Shown here: positions 21,048-33,010 of the stretch, in pieces
How the letters are laid out: every line of letters starts with the position of its first letter
How positions within the stretch are numbered: the stretch's first letter is position 1
The notes under the pieces: model-generated
Told to the model about the DNA's origin: nothing
Seen by the model: the letters and a program-made list of their open reading frames with translations, nothing else
The model's database searches: none
Assembly (NCBI GenBank): GCA_947648255.1
Contig: CANSNA010000004.1
Location: 1 to 53,410, forward strand
Length of the DNA stretch: 53,410 nt
Reading direction: 5' to 3'
Origin: an uncultured Clostridium sp.
GTDB taxonomy: Bacteria; Bacillota; Clostridia; TANB77; CAG-508
Program-made: the position numbers and the translations under genes

Positions 21048-23607
21048 TTAATTTATAATACTTATACAACCTGTAATTCCATCTATTTCTACACTATCCC
21101 CTGTTTTTAAATTATCTAACAGTCCAGTTATGCCGAACAACAGCTGGTATTCCAAGTTCTCTTGATACTATTGCTGAGTGTGAAAGAAGACTTCCTCTTT
21201 CTACTAATATTCCGCTTGCTGCTGGGAACAGCATTATCCACCCTGGATCTGTATATCTTGCTACTAGAATTTCGCCTTTTTCTAGTTTTGCATTTTGTGG
21301 ATTTTCTATTATTCTTACTTTTCCTGTAACTTTTCCTGGAGATGCTCCTATTCCTTTTAATTCTTTTTTTATATTTTTTAATTCTTTTTTATTTTCTTTT
21401 TTAAAATTATTTCCTATATTTACTGCACCATAAGTATAAAATCTTTCATCTGGTATATTTTCTTTATATTTTTCATATTCTTTTTTTCTTATTTTTATTA
21501 TTTCTTTTAAATTATTAGTTGTTGATTTTCCATTTATATAATATAAAATTTCATCTACTTCTAAATAAAATATGTCCCTTTTTTCTTCAATTACATTCAT
21601 AGATGTTAAAATATAACCTATTCTCAAAAATATTTCTCTTACTTTTCCGAAAACCAGAGTTCTTTCGAATCTTAAATTTTCTCTATTTTTCACAGTAAAT
21701 CTTGCATTTTTTAATAAAAAATTAAATTTTCTTTTTTCTATAGCTTTAAATTTAAGTGTTTTTTTAACTTTATTTTCTGCATTTTTTCTTAAAGCTTCTA
21801 CATTTATTGTTTCTATACTTTTTTCTCTCATTCTTCTTGCAAATGAAGAAATTGAAAAATATAAATTTCTTGGATCTTCTTTTAATTCTTTTGTTTCTAA
21901 TTTTAATTCTTCTAAACATCTAGCTGAAAATTTATCTAAATATTCATTTAATTTTTTATAAAATTCCTTATATTTAGGTAATTCTTTTTTTATATACCAT
22001 AAATCTTCCTCTTCTAAAAGTTTTAATAATTCGTCATTTTCTTTTGCAATTTCTGCCATTTCTTTTATTCTTCTTGCTGGTTCAAGGCTTATTATCCCCC
22101 CCTCACTGCAAAGCAAGTCATTATGTACCATTTCTCCTTCTTCTTTAAATATCTTAAGACATTCTTCTTTTAATCTTCCATAAAATATCATTGCTAAAAA
22201 ATCGTTTACAAGAGGTGCATCCCATTTGTATAAAAGTTTCTTTTGTAATTCATAGTAATAATCATGTAATTCGTATAAATCCATGTTATTTACATCTTTT
22301 TCTTTTAAAGCCTCCTTTAATCTTAAATAAAATTTATTTGTCATTTTTTTTATATTTATAAATCCCTTTAAAAGTCCAAAACCTGATCTAACAAGTCCTA
22401 TTTTATCTTTAAATGTGACCTCAGGCACTGGAAATAGGTCATCTGGTAAACTTTCTTTGACTCCCATCATTTGTTCCATAAACTTTTTATTATTTCCAAG
22501 TCCTGGAAACATCGAAAGCAAGTAATACCAGCCATATAAATTATAATACACCCTTCCGTCTATTAATGCAAGCATATTTTTAAATACTTCAGTATTCATT
22601 TCTATTTTTTTAGGTGTTACATTAAAAATCTTACAAAGCTCATGGTATACATTTTCATATACCATTCTAATAAATGAAAATGTTAGAGGTGTTGTTATTC
22701 CTCCATAACTTTCGACAATATTACTATTATCAAAGACATTGATTTTTGAATTTTCATTTGGTTTATTTGCAAGCGTTGTTATTGGTCTTGATTGTAGGAG
22801 ATATAATTTTTCTCCTTCATATGCCCACTCAATATCTTGAAATCTTCCGAAAAATTCATTTGCTTTTTCTACGAGATTTTTTACTTCATTTATTTCCTTA
22901 TCTGTTAAAACTTGATTATTTATTTTTTGTTTTTCTAATTTTTTTTGTTTTATTTCTCCATTTTCAAATTTATGATAAAAATCTTTTTTTGCTATTTCTT
23001 TTTTTATTTCATTATTTGAAATTATATAATTATCAGTAGTTGCAATTCCATCAACTAGACTACTCCCAAGTCCATATACAGCTGATATTACAATTTCTTT
23101 TATATTTGAATTTACAGGATTTGCTCCAAATGCTACTCCTGACTTTTCTGAATTTATTTGTTTTTGTACAATTACAGAGGGAATTTCAACTTTTTCTATA
23201 TTATTTTCTTTTCTATATGCCTCTATCCTTTTTGAAAATGCTGACATATATACATCATTTATTCTATTTTTTACATCTTCTTTTTTTACATATAAAAATG
23301 TATCAAATTGCCCTGCAAAGGTGTTATCTTTTGAGTCTTCATTTTGACTAGAAGATCTAACTGCAAAATATGTATCCTCTGAAAATTCCTTTAATTTTTC
23401 ATTTATTTCATATTCTGCCTTTTCTAATATTTTTTTATTAAAAAAGTCAAATCCCTGATATGACACGCAAAACCATGGAGGTATATTGTCTATTGCCTTT
23501 CCTATTTTAGAAAGAGCTTGTCCCTTCCCTCCCATTAGTTCATATTTTTTACTTGTATTTTCTATTATATATTCCATAATTATTTTTTGCTGATTTAACT
23601 CAAGCAT
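21048..23607 (-). CDS. PEP-synthase/PPDK-like phosphotransferase (rifampin-phosphotransferase architecture); one CGGC site (21132-21135)
   Basis: N-terminal ATP-grasp (GGKG, AVRSS, QDIEWA, LQSRPIT); C-terminal His-swivel SHSAIVSRELGIPAVV-G-ITGL...IDGITG. Confidence 0.87.
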
Positions 23608-23615
23608 TTCTCCTT

Positions 23616-24545
23616 TTATATAATTAATAATATTAAACTTAAATATACAAATATTATATAAATATTTGAAAAAATTTCTACTAATTTTGAAGCCATTTTA
23701 TTTTTATTTTTTATAAATAATAAATTAAAAATGTTTATTAAAATATAAGCAGGAATTATTAAAAATAAATTTTTAAATTCTAATATATAGCTTTGCAAAA
23801 TCATTAATATTGTTTCTAAAATAAATAACATTAAAATTGTCTTTTTTATACCTAAAACAGCTGTATATGTTTTTACGCCTTTCTCTTCATCTTCTTTACA
23901 TCTAATCTTTCTTGCAACTTCAACTATCCATGATATGATATATGACATCAATAAGATCATCCAAAAATTACTACTAACTAATACTCTTGCATATATTTCA
24001 GGTTCAAGTACAAAACTTGCTAAATAAAATACTAAAATAGGCATTAATATTTCATCTAATAACACTGTTAGCACTATATGATTATTCAAGTCTTTAATAA
24101 AAAAGTCTTTATACATGAGCAGTAAATAAGTCCAAAAAAATGCTAAATAAAATAAATTTGCTTTAAAAATAATTGTAATAATTACTTGTAAAACAACACA
24201 AATTACGAGTAATATTTCTAATTCCTTTAAAGTTATAATTCCTCTTGGCACTGGTCTATATGGTCTATATTTACAATCTTCATCATAATCTTTAAATTCA
24301 TCCATAATTCTTATGCAGAGAAAACCTAAAAGACCTACAATAAACATCGGAAACATTTTATAAAACTTTATAATATAAGATGTTACTCCATCTTGTACTA
24401 CTCCATTTAGAATATCTTGCACATGTTCTCCAAAATAATTACTAGCACAAAATACTCCAAAAATAATGCAAAATACATATAACATATATACAAGTATTGG
24501 AAATCTTTCTTTTTGGTATATATACCATTTCTTTAAAAATGTCAT
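23616..24545 (-). CDS. UbiA-like prenyltransferase family membrane protein
   Basis: YQKERFP, RIMDEFKDYDEDCKYRPYRPVPRG, EVARK...TYT; multiple TM segments. Confidence 0.75.
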   Translation of the reverse strand: MTFLKKWYIYQKERFPILVYMLYVFCIIFGVFCASNYFGEHVQDILNGVVQDGVTSYIIKFYKMFPMFIVGLLGFLCIRIMDEFKDYDEDCKYRPYRPVPRGIITLKELEILLVICVVLQVIITIIFKANLFYLAFFWTYLLLMYKDFFIKDLNNHIVLTVLLDEILMPILVFYLASFVLEPEIYARVLVSSNFWMILLMSYIISWIVEVARKIRCKEDEEKGVKTYTAVLGIKKTILMLFILETILMILQSYILEFKNLFLIIPAYILINIFNLLFIKNKNKMASKLVEIFSNIYIIFVYLSLILLII

Positions 24546-24550
24546 AATAT

Positions 24551-26049
24551 TTACCCTTCAATTTTTAATATTTTTTTTAATTCATTATAATCTACTTTTG
24601 TTTTATGCCTTTTATCTACTGGTATTTTATTTACATATTTTATTTCACTGATTTTTTCAAAAGATATAGCATTTTTTATTTCTCTATCACTTATTTTTTT
24701 GGGTTTTTCTAGTACCAAAATTATTTTTTCATTATTTTTTAGAGTTGCTGTTTTTCCTATATTGAATTTTGCATGTAGTGCTCCTTCTATGTTGAAATAT
24801 GGTTCATTTATTCTTCCTCTTAACCACAGCCTGTTATGTTCATCAAAAAAGCCGCATATCACCTGTTCTATGATATATTTTATCATCTATTTTAAATTTA
24901 TTTTCTTTATCTCCTATTCCATTTAGATATCCTTTTAAAACATTATCTCCTTCTACAACAATCTCTCCAACTTCTGCTTCTAATTTTTCAAATTCTTTTT
25001 TATTTATTTCTCCAATTTCTGAAATTCCAGTTTTAATAATTTTGCAAGAATTTACTCCTGAAATCTCACCCGCTAAAATTCCATATCCATTTTCTATTTT
25101 ATCAATATCTTCACTTTGAATATCATTTACATTTAATTTAGCAATTGGTTCTGCTTCTGTAGAACCATAAATTGTTGTAATTTTAGCTTTTGGGAAAACT
25201 TTTTTTAAATTTTCTAAAAAATCAATAAATACTGCTCCTCCTCCTGTAAATATTTTTTCTATTTGTTTCAGTTCTATTTCATTTTTTAGCATATAATCTA
25301 TAATTAAATTTAAAAATCCAGGAGCTGCCATTATTCTATTTGCATTATTTTTTATTATTTGATTAATTATTTTTTGTGCTACACTTTTATCTAATTCACT
25401 AAAATTTGCATCTGCTATAATACTTATTATTTGAGCATTAATATTTGAAAGTGTGAAAATTGGCATAGTTGAAATTTCTATATCATTTTTTTCATAATCC
25501 ATTATTTCTTCTAATATTTCACCTTGAATTCTTAAAAATTCATGAGTTCTTACTGCAATTTTAGGTTTTCCAGTTGTTCCACTAGTATATGTCAAAATTG
25601 CAGGCTCTTTTTCTTCTAAATTCTCTATATTTAATTTATTATTACTTTCAATTATTTTTATTTTATTTACATTTATTTTAATTTTTAATTTTTTTAAATT
25701 TTTATTAATACTTGAATATAAAATATATTTAGTATTTCCGAATTACTCCTTCTATATCTTCAAAACTATTCTTTTGAAGATTAGATTTTATAAAACCTTC
25801 ATCCATAAAGCATGGAACTGCTCCTATGCTCCAGAGTGCAAGAAGTACATTATAAAGGTTTGCAGACATTGGAACAAGTACTAGTATTTTTTGTTTACTT
25901 TTTATGCCCTCTCTTTCAAAATATTCTTTATAATTTAAAACATCATTATATAAGTCTTTATATGTTATTTTTTCTTCCCCTTGAATTAAACATATTTTAT
26001 TTGGTATTTTTTCATAATTTTCTATTAATTTATTCGCTAAATTTGGCAT
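24551..26049 (-). CDS. AMP-binding (ANL) acyl-CoA ligase-like protein; two CGGN sites (25737-25740, 24851-24854)
   Basis: TYTSGTTGKPK, YGSTEAEP; recoded HRTGDM-G-FFDEHNRLWLRGR; PVDKRHKTK. Confidence 0.85.
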
Positions 26050-26075
26050 ATATTTTGCTCCTTTAATTATCGCTT

Positions 26076-27005
26076 TTATTTTCTAGATATATCTTTTCCA
26101 TATATTACATATTCTCTAATGATTTCTGCTTTATTTCTCTTAGCTATTTTTTGTGAGGTATTATTTTTATACATAAATGCAAAAATTTCTTTTTCAAATC
26201 CTCTTTCTTTTGCTTTATCTAAAATATTTTTTATCATCACATTTCCAATTGCCATTCCTTCATATTCATTTAAAACTGCCACTGTTTTTACTATAATTGT
26301 TTCAATTTTTTTATTTTGTTTTAATTCATTAAAATCTGGCACACAAAATATAAAACCAATTTCTTTTTTATTTTTTTCTGCAATAAGTACAAATTCATCA
26401 TCAATTAAATCAATATATTCTTCATATTGCATTAAAAATGCTTTTTCTGGAATTTCTGTATAAAGGGGATTTTTTTTAAAACTTTTTACTGAAATATTAT
26501 ATATTTTTTTCAAGTCATTAATATAATCTTTTTTATTAAATTTTCTAATTACAATATTTGCTTGTTTTATTTTCTCTTCTGCTATTTTTAAGCTTTCAGA
26601 ATTATATGCATTTTTTAATTCACCTTTATTTGAAGTATATGTATATAGTTCACTAAATCCTGATTTTAATAATATATCGTTATATTTAATTTCATTTACA
26701 TTTTCAAATAAAAATGTATTTTCGCCATTAGTGTATTTAATTACTCTATATTTTTTCCATGTATTTTCATTCATTGGAGAAACTATGAATTTAATGTTTT
26801 TTTCCTTCAGAATTTCTTCACATTTTTTTAATATTTCTATCCCACTTTTTTCATCTTCGCATTCGAAGTCACCAATTGTGCCTATTTTTTCTTCATTTAA
26901 TCTTGGTGTATTATCGAAATAACATGTAGCTTTTGCCACTTCTAAATTATTTTTATTTAAAATTATTTTTATTTTTTCTCTTTCTTCAATTATTTTAAAA
27001 TCCAT
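26076..27005 (-). CDS. GNAT-fold protein (two-domain N-acyltransferase-like)
   Basis: IGTIGDFEC, SPMNENTWKKYR, IIVKTVAVLNEYEGMAIG. Confidence 0.7.
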   Translation of the reverse strand: MDFKIIEEREKIKIILNKNNLEVAKATCYFDNTPRLNEEKIGTIGDFECEDEKSGIEILKKCEEILKEKNIKFIVSPMNENTWKKYRVIKYTNGENTFLFENVNEIKYNDILLKSGFSELYTYTSNKGELKNAYNSESLKIAEEKIKQANIVIRKFNKKDYINDLKKIYNISVKSFKKNPLYTEIPEKAFLMQYEEYIDLIDDEFVLIAEKNKKEIGFIFCVPDFNELKQNKKIETIIVKTVAVLNEYEGMAIGNVMIKNILDKAKERGFEKEIFAFMYKNNTSQKIAKRNKAEIIREYVIYGKDISRK

Positions 27006-27035
27006 GTTTTCCCCTTTTATTTTATAATATAGATA

Positions 27036-28377
27036 TTATTTAATTAAATTATATAAAAGTTCAACTACAGCAGTAAGTAAAAATACAATTTGTGTATGCA
27101 TATATCCATTTTTTATTGTAATCTCTTCTTTTTTTACATTTCTTTTTTCTATCATTATCATATAACTACTTATAAATAAAAAACCTACCATCATGATGAT
27201 TGCCAAAATATTTGGTATAGAATTAAATATTATTTTTTGAATAATTAAACTTGGTAAAAATACAAAACCCAATCCTTTTAAAAATGCAAATACTAAGCAA
27301 TCTATTTCTTTTAAATTAAAATAATATTTTAATCTAACAAAACTATTTATTGTTAGGTGCATGCTATAAACTAATGAATATATCATAAATGCTTCTTTTT
27401 TTATATTTAAAATTCCAGCTAATACGCAAATTGCAATTCCAATTACTACATTTGTTTCTATAATTCTTGCATCATACAAATTGTTTTTTTCATTTTCTCT
27501 AATTTTAGGAAATCTCATACAAGTTAAAAATAATAACAATGGTGGAATTAATGCGTAAAATCCATAAAATATAACTGTTAAATATCCGTGCAACTATTGT
27601 TTGAATTAGTGCAAGCTTGCTCCAAGTTTTTACTCTATTTGCAAGCATTACTAAAATGAAAATTGCTCCTAAAATTAGCATATTAATTCTCAAATTTACT
27701 AATTCTAAATTTATGTGTGTTATTAATAGGGCAAATGTTGTAAGAGGTATTAAAATATTATCATTTCCTGTGTGTGAAACCATTTCGATTAATGCTACAT
27801 TAAAACCAACTATAGTACTTATAATTAGTGTTTCTTCCCTTCCTACTTTTGTGAAAAGAAGCAGTGGCACTAAGCATAAAATAAATGCTACTATGAAGAA
27901 GGCAAAACTCCCTTCGATGCTTTTAGAATCTTCATTTAATTTTGATAAATCTTTTTTTCCATAATTTTTTCCAATTAAGGCTGCCGCACTATCTGCGAAA
28001 GTTAATATTAAAATTGGAATACCATATAATATTTTATTTCCATTTGATAAAAAGAAAATCAAAAATACAGAAATCACAAAAAATATTTCTCCTAAAGATT
28101 CTCTTTTTACACTATATAAAATTGTTCCCAAATTTTCTCGTAATTTCGTATATTTTAATATAGATAAAATAATTAATGCAAAAATTCCAAGTATAAATAC
28201 AGAAAATGAGGACTTAAAAATATATGGAAAAATAAGCATTACTACTCCCATAGACATATGGAACAACTTTCTTTTTGTTTCTGCATTTATATTTGTTCTT
28301 ATTTCTATTATTTTTATCAGACCTAGCGTTAATCCAAGTAATAAAATCACCAGCAAAATACTTGTCCATTCAATCAT
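27036..28377 (-). CDS. CTP-dependent phytol/dolichol kinase or cytidylyltransferase-family membrane protein; one CGGA site (27585-27588)
   Basis: KRKLFHMSMG, FADSAAALIGKNYG, KSIEGS, DNILIP; recoding fuses it to the 27036..27593 membrane ORF. Confidence 0.78.
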
Positions 28378-29489
28378 TATTTTATCTCCTCTATTATGAA
28401 GTCACTATAAAAAAATGCTTTATCTTTTTTTAATAATTCCTTTGCCTGTTTTTCTTTATATAACAATTTTTCAAAATATTTTGATGCTCTTTTTTCTGCA
28501 AGCATATTCCAATATACAATTCTAGTTCCTTTTTTGGATTGATTTAATATACTTTTAAATATTTCACACATTTCTTTATCACTCATATATTCAAAAATAT
28601 CACTTAAATTATATTTAGTAATATTTTTTATATTTTTTCTATTTAAAAATCCCTCGATCGTTTCTTTAATAAAAATAATTTTATCTATATTCTTTTTAAT
28701 AATTTCAAAATTTTCTTTTCTGTAGGAAACTGGTAAAATTTCTTCATATTTTCCATTTACGATATATTGCAAATATGAATTTTCGGATGTATCAAGCTCT
28801 GTTAATGCATATTTCGTTCTATTTAAAATATTTTCTGCAACATTTACATTAACATATCTAAAAAAAGCTTTATCTCTTCCAAACCTCCCCATTATACTTT
28901 TCGAAAAAAATAACTTAAATAATATTTTCCATCTAAAATTATTCCATTTATTATTATAAAAATCATATCTTTCTTGTTTTGTTTTTTTTATTAATAATTC
29001 TTCTCGCATTTTTTTATTATGAATTAATGGTAATATTTTTTTACCAAAGATATTAAAATAATTTTCAAATTTTCCACAATTAATTATTCCTATATTTATA
29101 ATTTCTAAATTATTATTAAAATATTTTTTTGATTTTTCACTTAATTTATTTTCTATTTTTTTATAAATTTCCAATCTATTATTTGTAGCAAATACCCCCA
29201 TCAATTTCATGCACTCTTCATAATCTAGATATTTATAACAAGCAATTTTAAATTCAAAACATGCAATTTGATTTTCATTTAAGTCTATAGCATATATTTT
29301 ATTGGGGTTTTTAATTAACATGCTTAACACATTTTCTCCTGCTGAAGCAATAGATAAAATATTATCGTTTTCATTTATCTCTAATGCTTCAAGCAAAATT
29401 TCTGCATCTTCCCAAACTTGTGAATATCTAATTAAATTAAATTTAGCAAAATCTTCTACTTCGCTTTTTACTAAATCTTTTGTACTCAT
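28377..29489 (-). CDS. DUF3419 family (BtaA-like SAM-dependent 3-amino-3-carboxypropyl transferase-like) protein
   Basis: IRYSQVWED, LSIASAGEN, IDLNENQ, GRDKAFF, LSDIFEYM, YWN, DKAFFYS. Confidence 0.82.
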   Translation of the reverse strand: MSTKDLVKSEVEDFAKFNLIRYSQVWEDAEILLEALEINENDNILSIASAGENVLSMLIKNPNKIYAIDLNENQIACFEFKIACYKYLDYEECMKLMGVFATNNRLEIYKKIENKLSEKSKKYFNNNLEIINIGIINCGKFENYFNIFGKKILPLIHNKKMREELLIKKTKQERYDFYNNKWNNFRWKILFKLFFSKSIMGRFGRDKAFFRYVNVNVAENILNRTKYALTELDTSENSYLQYIVNGKYEEILPVSYRKENFEIIKKNIDKIIFIKETIEGFLNRKNIKNITKYNLSDIFEYMSDKEMCEIFKSILNQSKKGTRIVYWNMLAEKRASKYFEKLLYKEKQAKELLKKDKAFFYSDFIIEEIK

Positions 29490-29501
29490 TTTAATTAACC
29501 T

Positions 29502-30161
29502 CTACTCTTCTTCTCTCTTCTCCTTTGGTGGAAAGAAATATGGAAATATTCCAAATTTTGAGCCTAAAGCATGAAAAATCGGAAATGCTACAAATATCGT
29601 TCCAAGCTGTGCAAGTAAAATTGGAGCTTCTACATAATCTTCCTTATTTAATCTTTCTGCTTCCCCTACCATATCTATATAAAAATCTGTTCGAGATAGT
29701 TCTTCCTTATATTCAATTTGATTAATAAAATATGTATCCTCTTCCAAATTATCATAAACAATTTTTCCAACTGGCAAAATTGAATCTCCTGAATAGATAT
29801 CTTCTCCCGTTTTTGTTACAGATTCTCCATTTATTCTAGCTGCAATAAGCTCTCCAGATGGTAATTTTAAAGCATTCAAATACATTCCATCATGATACCC
29901 TGCTCCATGATTTTTATACTCGATTCCTGGTGAAATAACAGTAAAAGTATCATGAGACAATAAGTCTTCTACATTTTGTGCTTTATAAACATCTTCTCCT
30001 GCGATTCCTCCTATTTGCCCTTCATCTACTGTATGCTCATCAGTATACTCTTCATATTTTTTTGGTAATACATTTTCTAATACTTTAACTGGTATAAAGC
30101 TAAGCAAAAAACTCAAAAGCAAGCAAAGCCAAATATCAAACCTAAGTACACGAACTCTCAT
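29502..30161 (-). CDS. Hypothetical membrane-anchored protein
   Basis: 219 aa with N- and C-terminal hydrophobic segments; RBS GGAGG. Confidence 0.65.
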   Translation of the reverse strand: MRVRVLRFDIWLCLLLSFLLSFIPVKVLENVLPKKYEEYTDEHTVDEGQIGGIAGEDVYKAQNVEDLLSHDTFTVISPGIEYKNHGAGYHDGMYLNALKLPSGELIAARINGESVTKTGEDIYSGDSILPVGKIVYDNLEEDTYFINQIEYKEELSRTDFYIDMVGEAERLNKEDYVEAPILLAQLGTIFVAFPIFHALGSKFGIFPYFFPPKEKREEE

Positions 30162-30318
30162 TTTTAGCCTCCATAATAAACTATTTTATATGTAAATTAT
30201 ACTACAAAGTCTTTTCCTTGTCATTAATTTTTGGAAATTTATTAATTAATTTATTCATTTCCTAATTAATAAAGAATAAATTAGCTATGGCAAATTGAAA
30301 ATTTACCTCAAAATCATT

Positions 30319-30373
30319 AAGTTGTAAATATAAGAAGTGTACCAAAAAAGTACACTTCTTATATTTACAACTT
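30319..30373. repeat. Perfect 24-bp inverted repeat (probable terminator downstream of ferredoxin)
   Basis: AAGTTGTAAATATAAGAAGTGTAC-caaaaaa-GTACACTTCTTATATTTACAACTT. Confidence 0.8.
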
Positions 30374-30397
30374 TACTATACATTTATGTAGGTTTTC

Positions 30398-30568
30398 TTA
30401 TTCCTCTTCTGGTGCTGCAACTGGGCATACACTAGCACAAGTTCCACAGCCTATACATAAATCTTTATTTATCTCATATTTCTCTTCTCCCTTTGAAATA
30501 CACTCTACTGGGCAATTAGCAGCACAGGCTCCACAAGAAATACATTTGTCTGTTATTTTATAAGCCAT
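30398..30568 (-). CDS. Clostridial-type 2[4Fe-4S] ferredoxin (56 aa)
   Basis: MAYKITDKCISCGACAANCPVECISKGEEKYEINKDLCIGCGTCASVCPVAAPEEE; absent from ORF track. Confidence 0.95.
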   Translation of the reverse strand: MAYKITDKCISCGACAANCPVECISKGEEKYEINKDLCIGCGTCASVCPVAAPEEE

Positions 30569-30594
30569 TTATATTCACCACCTTTCAATTATTA

Positions 30595-31504
30595 TTAATT
30601 ATTCATATCTTTCTTGTCTAATTCTTCAAGCTTTTTAAGTTCCTTTAAATCACTTTCATCAATATTTGCTTCCTCTTCTACTTCTGCATCTCTAATAACC
30701 TTAATATCTTTTACATTAAATTTTTTTATTTTTGTATCATCTTTTTCTACTATTTTTACTTTTACTATTTCCTTTAATGTTTCTACACTTTCTACAGTTC
30801 CCTCTCCTTCTTCTGTTTTCACTATTGCACCAACTTTTGGAAGTCTCGCATTTTTTTCTTCATATACTTCTTGCTCATATTTCAAACAGCACATAAGTCT
30901 TCCACAAGCACCAGATATTTTAGAAGGTGTTAAAGAAAGATTTTGCTCTTTTGCCATTTTAATTGAAACACTTTCAAAATTTGCAAGATGTGCACAGCAG
31001 CAAAGCTCTCTTCCACAAATTCCGGCATCCACCAATTCTTTTTATTTCATCTCTTATTCCTATTTGTCTAAGTTCTATTCTAGTTTTAAAAATTGCAGCT
31101 AAATCTTTTACAAGCTCTCTAAAGTCTATTCTTCCATCTGCTGTGAAATAAAATAATATTTTGCTATTATCAAATTTGTATTCAACATTTACAAGATTCA
31201 TATCTAATTTATGTTTTTTTATATTTTTAACTGCAATTCCAAAAGCTTCTTTCTCTTTTTTCTTGTTATCTTCATAATGTTTTTTATCCTTTTCTGTTGC
31301 TATTCTTTTTATTGGCTTAAGTGGAGAAACAATTCTATCTTCACTTACTTCTTTATTTGGAATTACAACTTCTGCAAATTCTTCTCCAAGAGAAGTTTCA
31401 ACAATTACAAAATCTCCAACATTTAATTTATTTTCTCCTGGTTCAAAGTAATAAACTTTTCCTACTTTTTTAAGCCTAATTCCTACTATTTCCTTCATAG
31501 TCAT
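30595..31504 (-). CDS. yaaT: PSP1/YaaT (RicT) stage 0 sporulation family protein; one CGGA site (31021-31024)
   Basis: FYFTADGRIDFRELVKDLA, RIELRQIG; recoded GGC-G-ICGRELCC; KISGACGRLMCCLKYE. Confidence 0.9.
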
Positions 31505-31507
31505 CTC

Positions 31508-32290
31508 CTATTCCCAAATATTTAGAATCAAATAATCTATACACATATCAAAATTACCATTTGTCTTAATTTTTCTTTTAGTTTCTTCCACATAGTCAAT
31601 GTAGTTTAAATATTTCATATCTTCTTTTGATTTCTTCATAAATATCATATTTATAAATTCTAAATTTTTTAAAGCTTTTTCTTTATCTTTATATAGTATG
31701 TCCAGTTTATTTAAAAGCTCTACACTCTTGTATTTATCTACATTGCCAAAAACCTTTTCTAAATCCTCATACCTTTCCTTTTCTTCTTCTGTTAAATCTT
31801 CTTTACTTTCTTCTGTAAATAATATTTTTGCACATCTTGATTTTATTGTTGTAAGTATATTATTATCATTATTTGAAACCAATATCATGGTTACAAATTC
31901 AGGTGGTTCTTCTAGTGTTTTTAACAAGCAATTTTGTGCTTCTTTTGTCATATTTTCACTGTTATTTATTACATAAACCTTTTTCTTAGAAGTTATTGGT
32001 TTTTCTATTACCTTGCTTTGCATTTCTCTAATTTCATCTATTTTTATACTTTCAGTTTGTTCGTTATTTATTTCATAATAATCTGGATGATTACCTTCAT
32101 CAAAGTTCAAACAAGCTTTGCAATTGCCACAAGATTCTCCATTTTCTTCTAAACACAAAATCATTTTTGCAAATTCTTTAGCATATTTATAGTTTTGTGT
32201 TTTTCCTATTCCTGAAAAAATATATCCATTAACTATCTTTTTATTTTCTATGGCATTTGCTAGTAATTCATATATCTGCTTGTTTTTCAT
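31508..32290 (-). CDS. holB: DNA polymerase III delta-prime subunit-like protein
   Basis: CGNCKAC zinc motif, NHPD, AQNCLLKTLEEPP, TIKSRC; upstream of yaaT as usual in Firmicutes. Confidence 0.82.
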   Translation of the reverse strand: MKNKQIYELLANAIENKKIVNGYIFSGIGKTQNYKYAKEFAKMILCLEENGESCGNCKACLNFDEGNHPDYYEINNEQTESIKIDEIREMQSKVIEKPITSKKKVYVINNSENMTKEAQNCLLKTLEEPPEFVTMILVSNNDNNILTTIKSRCAKILFTEESKEDLTEEEKERYEDLEKVFGNVDKYKSVELLNKLDILYKDKEKALKNLEFINMIFMKKSKEDMKYLNYIDYVEETKRKIKTNGNFDMCIDYLILNIWE

Positions 32291-32936
32291 TTATATTTTA
32301 ACCTTTCCAAATTTATTAAGTGGCCAAAATCTAAGTGCAACTTTGCTTTCTATTTTCTCAATAGGAATGCATCCAAATGCTCTGCAATCTTTACTTTCTC
32401 TTCTATTATCTCCCATTGCGAAAACATATCCTTCTGGTACTACAACATCATGGTATAATCCTCCATTTGGTGTATCTCCATCTTTTATATAATCTTCTTT
32501 AAGTTCTTCTCCATTTCTATAAACTTTTCCGGTCTTCAATTACAATATGATCTCCTGCAACTCCTATAACTCTTTTAATATAACTTTCTTTCCCGATTTC
32601 TAATATATAATGCGTGAATTTATCAATTATATTAGTTGGTTCTTCTCTATAAGTTGCAACAGGGTTGTCTTTATCAAAATCTGCAACAGTAACATCTAGT
32701 GGTGCCTCAAAGGTTATAATATCTCCTCTATTTATTTCTTCTTTCATAGTAATACAAAGTCTGTTAAGAATTAATCTGTCTCCTGGTTCTAAAGTTGTTC
32801 TCATTGATTGCATTTTTACAACTGTTGGAGTACCAACATAATGTCTAACTAAAATTGCAAGTATTATAGCAATTGCAATACAAATTATCCATTCTATAAT
32901 TTCTTTTATATTATTTTTTCTATCTAAATCATCCAT
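32291..32936 (-). CDS. lepB: Signal peptidase I; one CGGA site (32528-32531)
   Basis: SMRTTL, YIKRVIGVAGD; recoded IED-G-KVYRNG; MGDNRRESKDCR. Confidence 0.9.
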
Positions 32937-33010
32937 CTTTATATTACCACTCCTTAAAGAAATTAATATTTATATTATATATCAAGTTTCTTCATAAATC
33001 AAGTTAAAGT

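Noticed and set aside
21048-23607. Rifampin-resistance gene (rph)
   Set aside because: It shares the domain architecture, but its position in a biosynthetic-looking operon and its divergent central domain do not support a resistance call.
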